DNA of 64,000 nt from the NCBI RefSeq assembly GCF_009914755.1, contig NC_060934.1. One strand, written 5' to 3'. The DNA is from the human T2T-CHM13v2.0 reference genome, Homo sapiens. Positions within the stretch are counted from its first letter, which is position 1, and each line of letters opens with the position of its first letter. Positions 44,666-57,653 of the stretch are shown one piece after another. Both the position numbers and the translations under genes were made by a program. Under the pieces are notes generated by a model. The model ran no database searches. It was not told where the DNA came from and was given only the letters and a program-made list of their open reading frames with translations.

Positions 44666-44954
44666 ACTAACAGCGACCCATCTCTCTACATAATCCACTC
44701 CGGTTTCACCAGAGCTGAGAGTATCATGAATTACATCTATAGATAGCTGTAAGCTAATGACCAAAGCACATAACTGAATTCAAACATATTCTTTATTGCA
44801 GTCAGATGTGAGAAAACAAAATTTAGAAGACAAGCCAGAAAGGAAATGAAGAACATAAAGAGCCTGAATTCTCATCGTCAATTTTTCCCTGACTGACTCC
44901 GTTTTCCTCTCTTCTTTCCATTTACCTTTCTGTTCCCATCCCCATCATTTTTGT

Positions 44955-45185
44955 AGTGTTTATTGAGTGTCTGCTGCATGCCAGTCAATGTGCTGAGTAC
45001 TTTTCATGTGTTATACCATTTGATCGTCACAGCAGCACACTATTATAATTATGAATATGATTCCACATACTATATCTAAAATTTAACTTAATTTTACATA
45101 GGAGGAAGCTGAGACTTGCCCAAGACTACTCCATTAGTAAGATGTGAACCAAGTGAACCATGTCTGACTCAAACCTAACCCCTGA
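44955..45185 (-). mobile_element. MIR
   Basis: tttattgagtgtctgc..tgccag..tgtgctgagtacttt...attttacataggaggaagctgagacttgcccaag...gtctgactc. Confidence 0.78.
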
Positions 45186-45296
45186 TTCTCTGAATCCATA
45201 TCACCGTAGAACTCAACAGTGAAATATTGGGGTAGAGGTAATGCTATTAGTACACAAACTATGCACAGATTTACAAGCAACTAAACAGGAACTCAT

Positions 45297-45600
45297 GGCC
45301 AGGCACAATGGTTCATGCCTGTAATTCCAGCACTTTGGGAGGCCAAGGTGGGCAGATCACCTGAAATCAGGAGTTCAAGATCAGTGTGGCCAACATGACA
45401 AAACCCCATCTCTACTAAAAATACAAAAATTAGCTGGGTGTGGTGGCACATGCCTGTAATCCCAGCTACTCAGCAGGCTAAGGCAGGAGAATTGCTTGAA
45501 CCTGGGAAGGAGAGGTTGCAGTGAGCCGAGATCACATCACTGCACTCCAGCCTGGGTGACAGAGCAAAACTCTATCTTAAATGAATAAATAAATAAAAAT
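45297..45600 (+). mobile_element. AluSx/Sz-like
   Basis: Sense Alu dimer with aaat-type tail. Confidence 0.95.
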
Positions 45601-46589
45601 GAAAAAAACAAACAAATGAAAGAAAGTCACGAGCACAACTTCTGACTCCCCCTCCATCTTTTCCATTGTTCCCTGTCTCTCTGCTTAAAAACAATCCGAG
45701 TGACTCTCACTTTTTCCTTGTGTCTCCCACCCATCTACCCTACTCTTGCTCTACACAGTTAAGGATTGTTTTGAAATTCTATGGGGAAAAATTATAAAAT
45801 TTATAATCCCAAAGAGTCCATCCAATTGTCTGTAACAAGATTTAAAGCTTAGTATTATCTCAACCCAAAATTTGACAAATGACAGTTTCCTTGTTGCTTG
45901 TACACACGTCACTCCAACAGCTGAAAAGCCAGGATAGATGTTTGCCAGTAACTTCCTTGCAGAGGCCTTAATAAACTTAAGCATGATATATACCAATAAC
46001 CTAATAAATATATTGAGGGTTTCTTCTTAGCCATATCCTTGATATAAAGTGACATCTGAGTTTTATGACGTTTAAGGTTTTTGCCTTTTCTTCTGTCTTG
46101 GTGGCTATTAACTGAGCACATTTCTATTTGTGAATCATAAGCTAATGTATTTACATTTAGGAACAGAAAATCATGTCACTTGATAAGTATGCAGGTGTCA
46201 TAAGCTCCAGAGCACCAGCAAAAGATGCAGGTGCTGACCACTTTGTTTCATGTCAAAATTCACTGTCTGAAGATGCTCTGTGACCATGAGGCTCATCAAA
46301 CACTCAACATTCAAAAGAACTCTTACCACATTCACACAGCAAATCAGCAAATCATTTTTAATCATAAATCATCTTTGTTTGAAAACAATTTACTCACTTG
46401 AATTCTAGGTAACATTCTAGGTTATGTGTTCATTTAGATGTTCTTCTTTTCCATGGAAATCAATTAAAAACAAATGCACCATCTTGGGAGATGAGCTTAA
46501 AAGATTAATGTCAGACTTTTTGAAAAAACAATTACTTGGGCAGAATTATGAATGAACAACGTGTGACGTTTTTGTCATTTTTTTTTTTT

Positions 46590-47645
46590 GGTTCTTTTAT
46601 TCTGCATATTTCAGTTTGGCTTTTAATTTCATCAAAATTATAGATGCACATAATTCTTTTAAGCATAGTAGGAAGACCATGGGCTTCCTAATGTGCTTAA
46701 AACAGGGTCCTCACACCTTGTCCAATATATCCGAGATTTCTCCCCTTTCTAGAGAAAACTACTTTAAATTCTGATAGATTTTTTGTTGCTGTTGCTCATA
46801 GTTACTTCCATAACTCTAAATAGCTCATGCTGTTACTTTTAATATTTCTATTTTGAGGCTATCTAATGGGTTCTCTCTATGGAAAATCAAGATTCACTCT
46901 CATTCACTCTCCCTCAACCTGACTGACCCCCAAGTATCATCTTCATTAGTTTAGTTAGATTACTATACAGTATTTACCTTATTATAGTTAGGTCAATGCT
47001 GGGTCACATATTAATCTATAATAACTTTTCCTTTTTATGAGCAATATTTTGGTTTTACTTGAAGTTAATCATCACACTTGTGTTTGCTTAGTTGTGCAAA
47101 TGTCTGTCACTAACTTTGCAAACTTTTCCTCCAGTGTCTAAGCTTCACACATGAGCTAATTTTATTGATTGCATCTTTATTTCATCTCTGGTGACATCTG
47201 ACCTGTTCTAGTCTGGACAGGTTTCTTCCCAGTCCCCAGCTGGCTCTTTCTTAACCACCAACTTGGGTTTGGATTTCCTATAACTGGATCCTGTGTCTTT
47301 ATTGCTAGTTTAGTTCATAGTTTTGGTGGAGCATATTCTCAAGACCATCCATGTGTGGAGAACTAATTTGACAAAGACTTGATGTGAACATGTCTCTATT
47401 TTCTAATGTAAATCATTTTCCCTTGGGATATCAAAAGTTTACTGCATTGACTTCTTCCCTCTAGTATTGTTTTTGAGGCATCTAAAGCCAATCTGATTCC
47501 TGATCCTTCAGAAGAACCTCCTGCTGCTTTGGGGAGAAGGAGGTTCCTCTACCTGGTAGCTTTTGGGTACTCCTCTTTGCCCCCATGGCTGAAATTCACA
47601 ATGAAGTGCTTGGTGTGGTTTTATTTTTATAGGTTATGCTGTACA
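46590..47645 (-). mobile_element. highly diverged L1ME-type fragments
   Basis: T-rich antisense L1-like sequence (agagaaaactactttaaattc; tttgaggcatctaaagccaatctgattcctgatcc; tgaaattcacaatgaagtgcttggtgtgg). Confidence 0.5.
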
Positions 47646-47659
47646 CTCAATAGGTCCTT

Positions 47660-48906
47660 ATATAGGGAAAAAACAAAAAATAAATAACAAAAAAAACAAC
47701 AACACTGTTTTCTTCTTGATACGTCACTTTCAATGCATCTGACAAGAGACAGGGGAGGAGTGTTACCACACCAAGCAATTCTCCACTTCTTGGCAGACAC
47801 CAACTGGGTGCCCCCCAGTTCAATTCAACTCTGACACTAACAGAATCAATGTAGGCCCCAAAGTTTAAAGGTTCAGTCCCACAAGACTGCCCCACACTTT
47901 GCAGGCCAGTTGCAAACAGTAGGTTCCCAGATTACCCACAACTTCTGTCCTACTTGGCTACAAACCAGAGTTTCCCACACCCAACTCTGTGGGTTTGACA
48001 ATTTGCTAGAGTGGCTTATAGAACTCAGAAAAGCACTTTGCTGTTATCAGTTTATTATAAAAAGATACAGCTCAGTAACAGCCAGATGAAGAGATGCCTA
48101 AGTTAAGATATGAGGGAAGGGGCACGCAGGCTCCATGCCCTCCATGGGTGAGCCACCCTTCCAGGACCCCCACACGTTGAGAAATCTGGAAGCTCCCCAA
48201 ACACAGTCTTCTTGGGGTTTTATGGAGGCTCCATTTAGCAGGCAGGATTGATTAAATCATTGGCTGTTTGTGATGTTCATCTCCAGCCCTCTCTCCACTG
48301 GTGGAAGGTTGAAGGGTGTGGCTGGATGTTCCAACCCTCTAATCATTTGCTTAGTTCCTCTGACAAGCAGCCTCGTCCAGTGCCTGTCCAGGAGTCTCCA
48401 GCCACCAGTCATCTCATTAGCATACTAAAAGATGCTTATCATGTCAGAGGTTCCAAGGGTTTTAGGAGCTACATGCCATAAAATCAAATATTTAGTGGAA
48501 GACTAATATGGTTTGGCTATGTCCCCACCAAAATTTCATCTTGAATTGTAGCTCCCATAATTCCCACGTGTCATGGGAGAGACCAGGTGGGAGGTAATTT
48601 AATCATGGGGGCAGGTCTTTCCCATGCTGTTCTCATGATAGCGAATAAGTCCCATGAGATCTGATGGTTTTATAAATGGGAGCTCTTCTGCACAAACTCT
48701 CGTCTGCCACCATGTAAGATGTCACTTTGCTCTTCCTTCATCTTCTACCATGATTGTGAGGCCTCCCCAGCCATGTGGAATTGTGAATCCATTAATCTTC
48801 TTTCCTTTATAAATTACCCAATCTCAAGTATGTCTGTATTAGCAGCATGAGAACAGACTAATACAAAGACCAAAATATATATTTCTTATTATATCACAGT
48901 AGCACA
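47660..48906 (-). mobile_element. MER21-like LTR, interrupted by THE1
   Basis: caccaactgggtg...caattcaactctgacact...cagtcccacaagactgcccc...gaactcag...ttccaagggttttaggagct...atttcttattatatcaca. Confidence 0.85.
48504..48865 (+). mobile_element. THE1C/D solo LTR
   Basis: atatggtttggct.tgtccccacc...gaacagactaataca; 5-bp TSD aagac on both sides. Confidence 0.95.
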
Positions 48907-49333
48907 GCCCTCTTAATGTACAAACTCATTTTCTACAATTCTGGCTAATTTCTTGAATTTTTTTTCTCTAATAATTTCTTTTCTCTCTTCTTTTTCCTGT
49001 TATTCAGATGGATGTACCTGCTTCTTGAGCTGAATTCTCACCAATCCCTCATTTCTGGTCATTCTTAACCTTACTCCCAGATGTGTTTGGTCTACTGCAG
49101 CCTTCGGATCCCTACTAGAGTTTGCCTTAGGAATCAGCTTTCTCAGACCTGTGTCTGAGATAAAATGTCTGGGATAAAATGTCATTTATCCTGCTTCCTG
49201 GATTCTGAAATTTGATGATTCTGTTCTCCTCTTTCATCTCTTCTTTCTTAAACCCTTTTTTTTAAAAAAAAATCCTGTAACTGTCATTTACTGGAACTTC
49301 AGAGAGAAGCAGAGGTTAATACCTATGTTCAAT

Positions 49334-49967
49334 GGATACAGGAGATAAAAAGAAATTATTTAGGCAGTTAATGAGGGTAAGAGAGTTCTTGGCAAGGCTT
49401 CCCTTTTAACACAAGCAACCCGCCAAATCATTTCTTTTCTAACAAAGAGCAGCCGGTAAAATCAAGCCACAGACACAGATAAGCAAGCTAGAAGCTTTCA
49501 CAGGTAAATGTGGCAACTGTGCCAATAGAAACACACTACCTAAGGGCCAGGTATGTTCAACATGGAGGTTCCCTCTTCCCTTTTGTCGCTACATAAGTGG
49601 TAAAAAAGCATGGAGCCAGCCAGGTAGAGGCCTCATCTGCATAATAAAAGATTAGGGTGAGATGTCCAGCTTCTTCACGCCCTATGCAAACAGCACACCT
49701 GGTCTGACTAATCTCTTGATCCCTATGTAAATGAGACACCGCCTCCTCAAGCTCCTCTATGAAATCCCTTGCATTTCAGTAGGAAACCAGAAGACCCACT
49801 TGGGAGCCCCATGCTCTCTCTGCAGGAAAGAGAGCTTTTCTTGTCTCTTTTCTCTCGCCTATTAAACCTCAGCTCTTCAACTCACTTCTTGTGTGTCTGT
49901 GTCCTTGATTTCCTTAGTGTGAGACAACGAACCTCAGATATTTACCACAGACAACGTAGCCACTTCA
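49334..49967 (+). mobile_element. LTR9-like ERV1 solo LTR
   Basis: gatacaggagataaaaagaaattatttaggcag...tttcttttctaacaaagagcagcc...cctattaaacc...cttca; 4-bp TSD caat. Confidence 0.85.
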
Positions 49968-51514
49968 CAATCTTGCAAATTTTCACCAAGTCCTTTTCAT
50001 TATTATGTAAGGAGTTGGAACTGACTGATGAGGGTTTGATTGTGATTGCCTCTAGCTCTCCCTGATAGCATTTGGATGAGCTGGACAGATGTAGGATTAA
50101 CAAAGGTCTGTAGGGTGGAGCAAATATGTCTCATTACCAAGGGTAAAATTTCAAGTGAAGAGGCTCCCATACTAGAGCAACCACAACAAAACAAATAACC
50201 ATGGATTTGGGACTGAACACTAGGAAAGAGTGAATATATGTTTTTGAGGTCAGCTGTGCTGAAGGCAAGAGAAGAACATTGCCAAGTAACTTCCAAATGT
50301 GACATTTTTCAACCTTGGTTTATGACTGAAAAGCCAAGAAAGACTAAGCTAAAATGGAATTCAGCTTCCCAGCCTAAATAGTGGGAGAGGTCCAAAATAC
50401 AGCTAAGGAAAATTTTACTGGGAAAGCTAGTTGTATCCATTTACTCTGTTCTACACATATCAATTAGAAATTTTAAAAAGGTAAGTTTGATCAAGCTTTT
50501 ATTCCGACATTTGAAAACATCCTTAACTATAGCAATATTATCTAGAGAATAATATGTAGGTAACAATAGAGATAGTTCAATATTTGCTTTAGAACTCATA
50601 AGGGACAGTAATCTTTATCCTATATATACTAAAATGTATTCTTTTTTAACTGGAAAAGTTAGAGCATTATCGAGTTTAATTCAGACTCCTGTCTTCAAAA
50701 GCTATTCACAGCTACCACATAGTCAACATCACTGGACTTTTTAAGTACATGGTCTTGCTTGCAAGACAAGAGAATGAGTTTGTTGACCAGATTAGGAAAT
50801 TACTCATTGGCCTCAGCATGAATAAACTGTTACTCTTCTGCTCATATTGAGACAGTAGAGCGGATTCCGTAGTCAAGTACACAAATACTATTTCAAAGGA
50901 GGTCCCAGAGAACTGTGAAGTCACCTGAGAAAGATTGACATTTAGCTGCTAGTTACTGCAATGCAAACAAACAACTTGGTAAAATTACACCTATCTATGA
51001 CCTACCTAGATCATGCCAGACATGAGCAAGTCTAGGCCATGGTGCTAACAGGATCATTCAACACTGTGTGTTCAACAACCACATTTTGACTCTGGCTTGA
51101 GCCTCCCATTCTCTAACTTTTCTCTTCTTACCCAGAGCAGTGCTTTCAAATTCATTTTATTTCTTTATTGTATCTTCCAAAAGTTCTATTATTAAAGCAA
51201 TACACAGGCTACAATTGTAGGGCTAATACTTTTCTTTCCCAACTGTTTACACTTCCAGACATGCTGTCTTCTGTAAAATCTGGAATATGGGATATGTGGG
51301 AATATTAAAGATACAGTTAGTTCTGATAGAATGGGACATATGTTTCTAAAACTTACCAATGCTATCCAAAATGGTGCAATTAACACCACAGAACTAAGGA
51401 AAAATTGGAGTTGAGGAACACCACTCAGATACTTAGTGACACGTAAAAGAAAGTAAAATGCTAACAGCAGCACAGTTTTACACATGTTAAGTGGATAGGA
51501 AGTATATTTAAGTA

Positions 51515-51726
51515 CTACAATAAATATGGTGCCTTATCTTTAAAAGACCTGCAGTTTGCTTGAGGAAGTGGGTGTGGGAACTGTGACTGCTTGTGAACTA
51601 TCGTGAAGGTGGAAGGAAGGTTCTCAGAAACGGGAGAGAACGTCGTTAACATCCTGTGTGCGTGAGAGTGACTCCTGACACACATTGCTGGTAGAGGTTT
51701 GAGGTACATTTTATGTATTTGTAAGT
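51515..51726 (+). promoter_or_regulatory. candidate haematopoietic-type promoter / first exon
   Basis: GATA (ttatct 51534), PU.1/ETS GAGGAAGT 51562, KLF GGGTGTGGG 51570, STAT5-type TTCTCAGAA 51621, local CpG excess, donor-like GAG/gtacat and TTT/gtaagt. Confidence 0.5.
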
Positions 51727-52099
51727 GGCTTTGTGCAGAAGGTGCAATTTTTTGCATTCTACTAGCGTTTCTTCTGGGTGAAATTTTGCACAATCAAACA
51801 CAGAATTCTCATGTTCAAATTGTTCACTAATCACACGATCCATTGTGAAACATCCAGAGCACTCAGGCCTTGTTCCCCTTTGTCGTCTCCACTTCCCCTT
51901 TCTCTCTGATTCTGCACAAGAGCCTGAAGATTTGTCCGTCATTGAACCCTCCCCTTGAGATTCAGTGCAAGATGGGGTAGAAGTCACAACTCCACAGTGT
52001 GCAAGGGGAGAGAAAAGACCAAGTGCAATCATCTAATCACAATTTTCATCTGATCCCATTTTAAAAATAAACTGATGCCACTACCCTCTAATTCTGTTA

Positions 52100-52190
52100 A
52101 GGAAAGAACTGTGTCTTTTCTGCCTCTATGTCTAATACATTGCAATGCGTCTGGCACATAGCAGACACCCGATGATATCTGATGATTGCA
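52100..52190 (+). mobile_element. L2/MIR 3' end fragment
   Basis: gaactgtgtctttt...gtctggcacatagcagacac. Confidence 0.5.
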
Positions 52191-53336
52191 GCAGTGCACA
52201 TTCCACTAGAATAACAGCCATGTTATGTTTCCAAAGACCCTTATTCTGTTTCAGATTCTATAAATATAAATAAAGTTTTAAAAGGAATAAACTGACAAAG
52301 AGACTTGGCTGCAATGTCTTAACATCACAACACCTAACGATGTAGATCATAAAACTTAAGCTAGTCCTCCTCTTTGACAAGATGAAGGAAGAAAGAGCAT
52401 GTACTCTAAAGACATATGGCAGGACTTAAGAAAGAGTATTTCATAAATGATAGACTCTAAAATATCAGGCCAGAGAGCCCTTTATTACTTTATTACTGTG
52501 GTGGGAATTTTTGCCATGAAGTTTCCATCACAATTTGCAAACTTAAGTTTTTGCTTGTACCGATCTGTGTGTGTCCTAAGTCTTTACCAGGCCCTTAAGA
52601 ACCAAACAGAAACGTAGCTGCTTTGCATAGATTCAAGAAGTATGTGCCAGTTTCTACGCTGGAAGAGAAAGCAAACTAGCTAAGGCAAGGAGACTTTCCA
52701 GAGAGAATGTTCTGTGATGTTCTTCAACTGAAGCACTAAATAGAAATTGCCCATTCAGATGTTTCTTTCAAGAGGCACCTATTTAGTTGGGTAACTAAGC
52801 TGTTTAATTCTCTGTAGTTCATAATATTTACTTGGTCTCCTCTATTTATTTTTTAAAATACTTCATATGAGGAGATTATCAGAGAGTCAGCAAATTTTTT
52901 ACATGAGAAGAAGTTCAACTTTAAAGTAACAAATGGCAAATTTTCAAGTTATAAGGCCTATATGAAATTATAAGACCATAGTTTAAAATTGCATTTATTT
53001 GGAGAAATTTGTTAATAAATATTTTGGAAAGATGAAAATCTATTGAAAAATGGTCATTTCAAAGAAATTTGCAATGAAAGCAACAAATTGAGGATCAAAT
53101 TATATGTCCGTCATCACTTACCAATTGCAAGACTTACAAAGGCTATTAAATGCCTTTATTTATAAAAGAAATGATTAAATACAACCACTTGCACTAAAAT
53201 GTAGATTCCAATTAGGAAGAAAGAGATGTACAATGTACTACTTCCCAAAGGGTCTATTTGACTTCAGTGATCAAAATGCTTAACACAGAGTAGGAAGGAC
53301 AGGTAGGATGAAAGAGCCCCTAAAATACTGATCTAG

Positions 53337-53730
<394 letters not shown>

Positions 53731-54479
53731 TACTCCCAGTTTTTAAGCAAGAGAACATTCATTTAACAGAAAAGTCATAATATTCAATACACACGTGTCT
53801 CTTTGCTATGACAGATATGCGTGATATACACTCTGCCTTTCAAGAATTTATAATCCAGATAGAAATACAGAAGATCAACAATATAAGAGCTAAATATAAA
53901 ACAACTGTTCAAGGAACATCACAGAGCAATGTACTGTTATTTACAAAGTCTTTGTACAATCACATTTGCCTTTGGACAGGCACGTATATATAAAATCCAA
54001 TTATTTTTATAGTTAACACCAAACACCACATTATTGTGTTTGCAGTACAATAAAATATTAACTTATTACAATATGAGATTCAGAGCATTGCCAGACTGGG
54101 CAACACGAATAATTCAATAAAAAAAAAAGGAATCTTTTTGTCTCTGAGCCACAGTAACCCTACAAAGGATTCATATTTCTTTTGGCAAGATGGATTTTCG
54201 GAAGGCTTAAACAGGGAAGTACAAAATTGATTTTGAATAAAACAACAAATATTTAAATGAAGTGATTAAATGCTAATCACTGAGAAAATAAATGATGCAG
54301 CATTCCTTCAGATCTGCCTAAGAACTTGGCTCTATGTGGCCAATAAGGAAAATAAATCCCAACAGATGTAATAATTCTAGTTGATCCCTTCATGCTCAGC
54401 CCCTATCTGCTTTCCCCCACTGTTCCTCACTTTAGTGAATAGCTTTTTCCTTTCCACCCCATCACTATTCTCTTCCAAA

Positions 54480-56715
54480 CTTTCTCCCCCATGGCAACTC
54501 CAAAACTGCTCCCCAAAAATCATTAATGACCTTCATGTTGCTACATTCAGTGATCAATTCTCACTCATTGCACTTGCCTCTCAAGAATATTTACAACAGT
54601 GGGCCACACCTTCCTTAATACATTCTCTTAGGTGAGCACACATCCTCTTGGCTCTTCCCTGGCCTCAGGGCCTCCTTTGCTAGTTCTTCTTTTCACTGCT
54701 TCTTACTGTTGGATTACCCCCAGGGCGCAGTCTTTGACTTTCTGTCTCCATTCACTCCCTAAGTGGTCTCTTTCACTGCCCATGGTTCTCAATATTACGT
54801 GTATATCTCCACCTAAGAAGGCGTATCTCCAGCTCAAAACTTTCTCCTGAGCTCCAGACTTGAATATCCAACCACCAGTATGATTCTTTCACTTCTACTA
54901 GACATCTCAAACCTAAAATGTCCAAAACTAAACTACTGAATCTCCCTCACCTCACATTCAAATAGGATTTTTCACCATCTCAGTCAAGGGCAACATCATC
55001 CTTCTAGTTTTTCAGGCCAAAAAATCAAGGTTCCCTAATCTATCAGGAAATCAGGAGGGTTCTACCTTTACATATATCTAGAATCTGGTCACTTGTTATC
55101 TCACTGCTGTCACTCTCCACTGAGCCATTAGCTCTCAACTGGATTACTGCAATAGCCTCAGAGCAGGTCTCCCTGTTTGATCTCTGCTGCCTGCAATATG
55201 GTCTTAGAGGAGCAGCCAGAGTGAGACTTTTGAGCATAAGTCAGACCATGTAATTCCTCTGCTCCAAACCCTAAAATGACTCCACATTTTATTTAGAAGG
55301 AATGACAACCCCCAGTGGCCTTCAAGGTCCTAAACAATCATGCCTCCTGGTTTCTCTTCCTCCATCACCCACCCTATACTACCTCTAGCTCACTGAGCTG
55401 CAGACACACTGGCCCCCTTACCCTGGCTCAGATTCTGTGGGACCACCCTGATCACCCTAATAAATAAAGGAGCTTGTTCTGTTGCCCACTCCTCTTAGCC
55501 TTCTCTGTTGGTGTCTCTCTTTCACCACATGTATAACCTTGGAATATATTTTAAGATTTATTTATGTTTATTTTTATTGCCCTTTTCTTCCAGAGATTTT
55601 TGTCTATTTTGCTCAATACATTTTCCAAGCACCTTTTATTGCCTCCAGCACAAATTATATTTAATAAATACTTGAGAAAAGAATGAATAATTGGCTCAAC
55701 CATTTCCCAGTGGCTCAAACTAAGTACTTTGGAATCGTTCTCAATTCCTCACTCTCCTTTACACCTATTGAATCCAGCAGAAAAGTCTTAGTATTCCTGG
55801 CTAGGAAGTATATCCAAATGTATCGAGAAGTAAACCACTTCTCACTCCACTGCTAAGCTCTAATACAAATCACCATCATCTAAGGCCAGTACTAGCACAA
55901 TAACCTTCTGCTTGGCCTCCCCATGTCATCCTTCTCCTCTATACAGTTTGTCTTCCACAAAACGGCCAGAGAGACTTGTAAAATCCTTAATCACATAATG
56001 TCACCCTTCTCAACATTTTTCAGTGATTCCCATCATACTTAGAATGAGTCCAAATTCTTACCTGATTTTATAGGGTTCTTCTTGATTTGGACTCTACCCA
56101 TGCAGTAACAACTTCAAATTTAATGGTATTTATATTTTTTTTTTTTTGTAGAAACAGAGTCTTGCTATGCTGCCCAGGCTGGTCTCAAAGACCTAGCCTC
56201 AAGCGATCATCCTGCCTTGACTTCCCAAAGTGCTGGAATTATAGATTTGAGTCACTGTACCCAGCCCTACCCTCTACATTTCTTTCCTCTCTCAACTTTT
56301 CATTTCACTCCAGCAACATTGACTTGCTAGAAGTTCCTCAATAAGGCAAATTTAGTCCTGCATGAGAATCTTTGTACTCATTTTTCCTTCTGACTCTTCC
56401 TCCGAATTCCAGACTTTCTCATGGAAAGTCTCACTTTCCTTCATTGAAGTCTCATCTTAACTATTGGAACCTCCAAGTCTTTCCTGATCACCCTACATAA
56501 AAGAGTTTCTTTACCTGCTCTCAGTATTTCCCTTCTAGCCTTTTTCTTTGAAATATGCGTAATATATGGTAACATCATATTATATATTTATTATTTTCTC
56601 CAAACTAGAATCCCCATGAAGCTGAGACTGTGTTCTGCCCACTGCTCTATTTCTGATGCCTAGAACAGTCCTGTGACTTAATAGGCACTCAACAAATACT
56701 TACTGAATAAATGAA
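54480..56715 (+). mobile_element. L2a fragments (two 3' ends, near 55690 and 56715)
   Basis: ctgagctccagact, atctcaaacctaaaatgtccaaaact, ctggattactgcaatagcctc, cagcc agagtga, taggcactcaacaaatacttactgaataaatgaa. Confidence 0.85.
56135..56266 (-). mobile_element. FLAM / Alu left monomer
   Basis: tttgtagaaacagagtcttgctatgctgcccaggctggtctc...cccaaagtgctgg. Confidence 0.85.
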
Positions 56716-57523
56716 GGATATATGAAGATATTGACTTTAATCCTTGAGCTGTATAAAGTAAAAAATGAAATCGTATCCCAATCCACTTATTTTTGTTCTA
56801 ATAAATAGTAAGTTCTATTCAATGGATTGAGCTTTGGTCCCCAGAATAAAACGTGAGATAGCTTAACACATTCCACACCATTACTTTTTTATAAACTGTA
56901 AACACATATACTTTAAGTTTTAGGCATAAAGATTGCTAAGTCTTTTTATGAAGACCCGTGACTTCTTTCTGAATGTCATTAACTGCACTATGTAAAATCA
57001 GAAAGGTTTTTATTCTCTTCTATTCAGCTATTACCTTATATAGAAATTCTACTATGTAAGTGAATTACGGAAACAAGAACAAATAATCCCAGAACAAGGC
57101 TTTGCTTGAGATTAGAGTCACAAATCATAATCATTTGGATTTGGTCCCATCACCCAGATGCATTACCGAAAGATTTCTCTTTGAGGTTTCTCCCTCTACA
57201 AATTGTTGCCTCACAGTCGAGGATTTGCTATGTGTTTGCAGCTAAAGACAAAAACACCCCTAAACACTTTGTAAGATTTTATCTACAAAACTTCAATGTG
57301 TTATTTCCTGTCATTTTATCATCCTTCTATAAGCAGGTCATAACCAGAAAAAAAAAAATAGTGATAAGGAGAAAAAAGCCTGAAGAAAAAAAAAATATGT
57401 ACTGACATATCAGCTGATTGTATCTGTTGGTTTTATCCTGTGTTGGATTTTGGGTTTTGACTGTGCTGTCGTGAATGTTGATTTGTGATGAAGTTTCATC
57501 AAATGTTGACCTTCTTCCCTCAG

Positions 57524-57653
57524 GTTTTGTCTAAGTGCTAACCATGTGGAAATAATTACAATGTACACCATTGTACATACATGAGTTATTTTATTAGCAG
57601 AGCATAGAAACATCTTTGAGAATTGGCTAGAATTTCCACGGTGGTTTATGCAA
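57524..57653 (+). other. candidate spliced exon (probably non-coding/5' UTR)
   Basis: ttgac branch-like plus cttcttccctcag acceptor; CAA/gtaagc donor; stops in all three frames. Confidence 0.4.

Noticed and set aside
51646-52032. 128-aa cysteine-containing minus-strand ORF
   Set aside because: No recognisable motif spacing; overlaps the candidate regulatory region, which explains the composition better.
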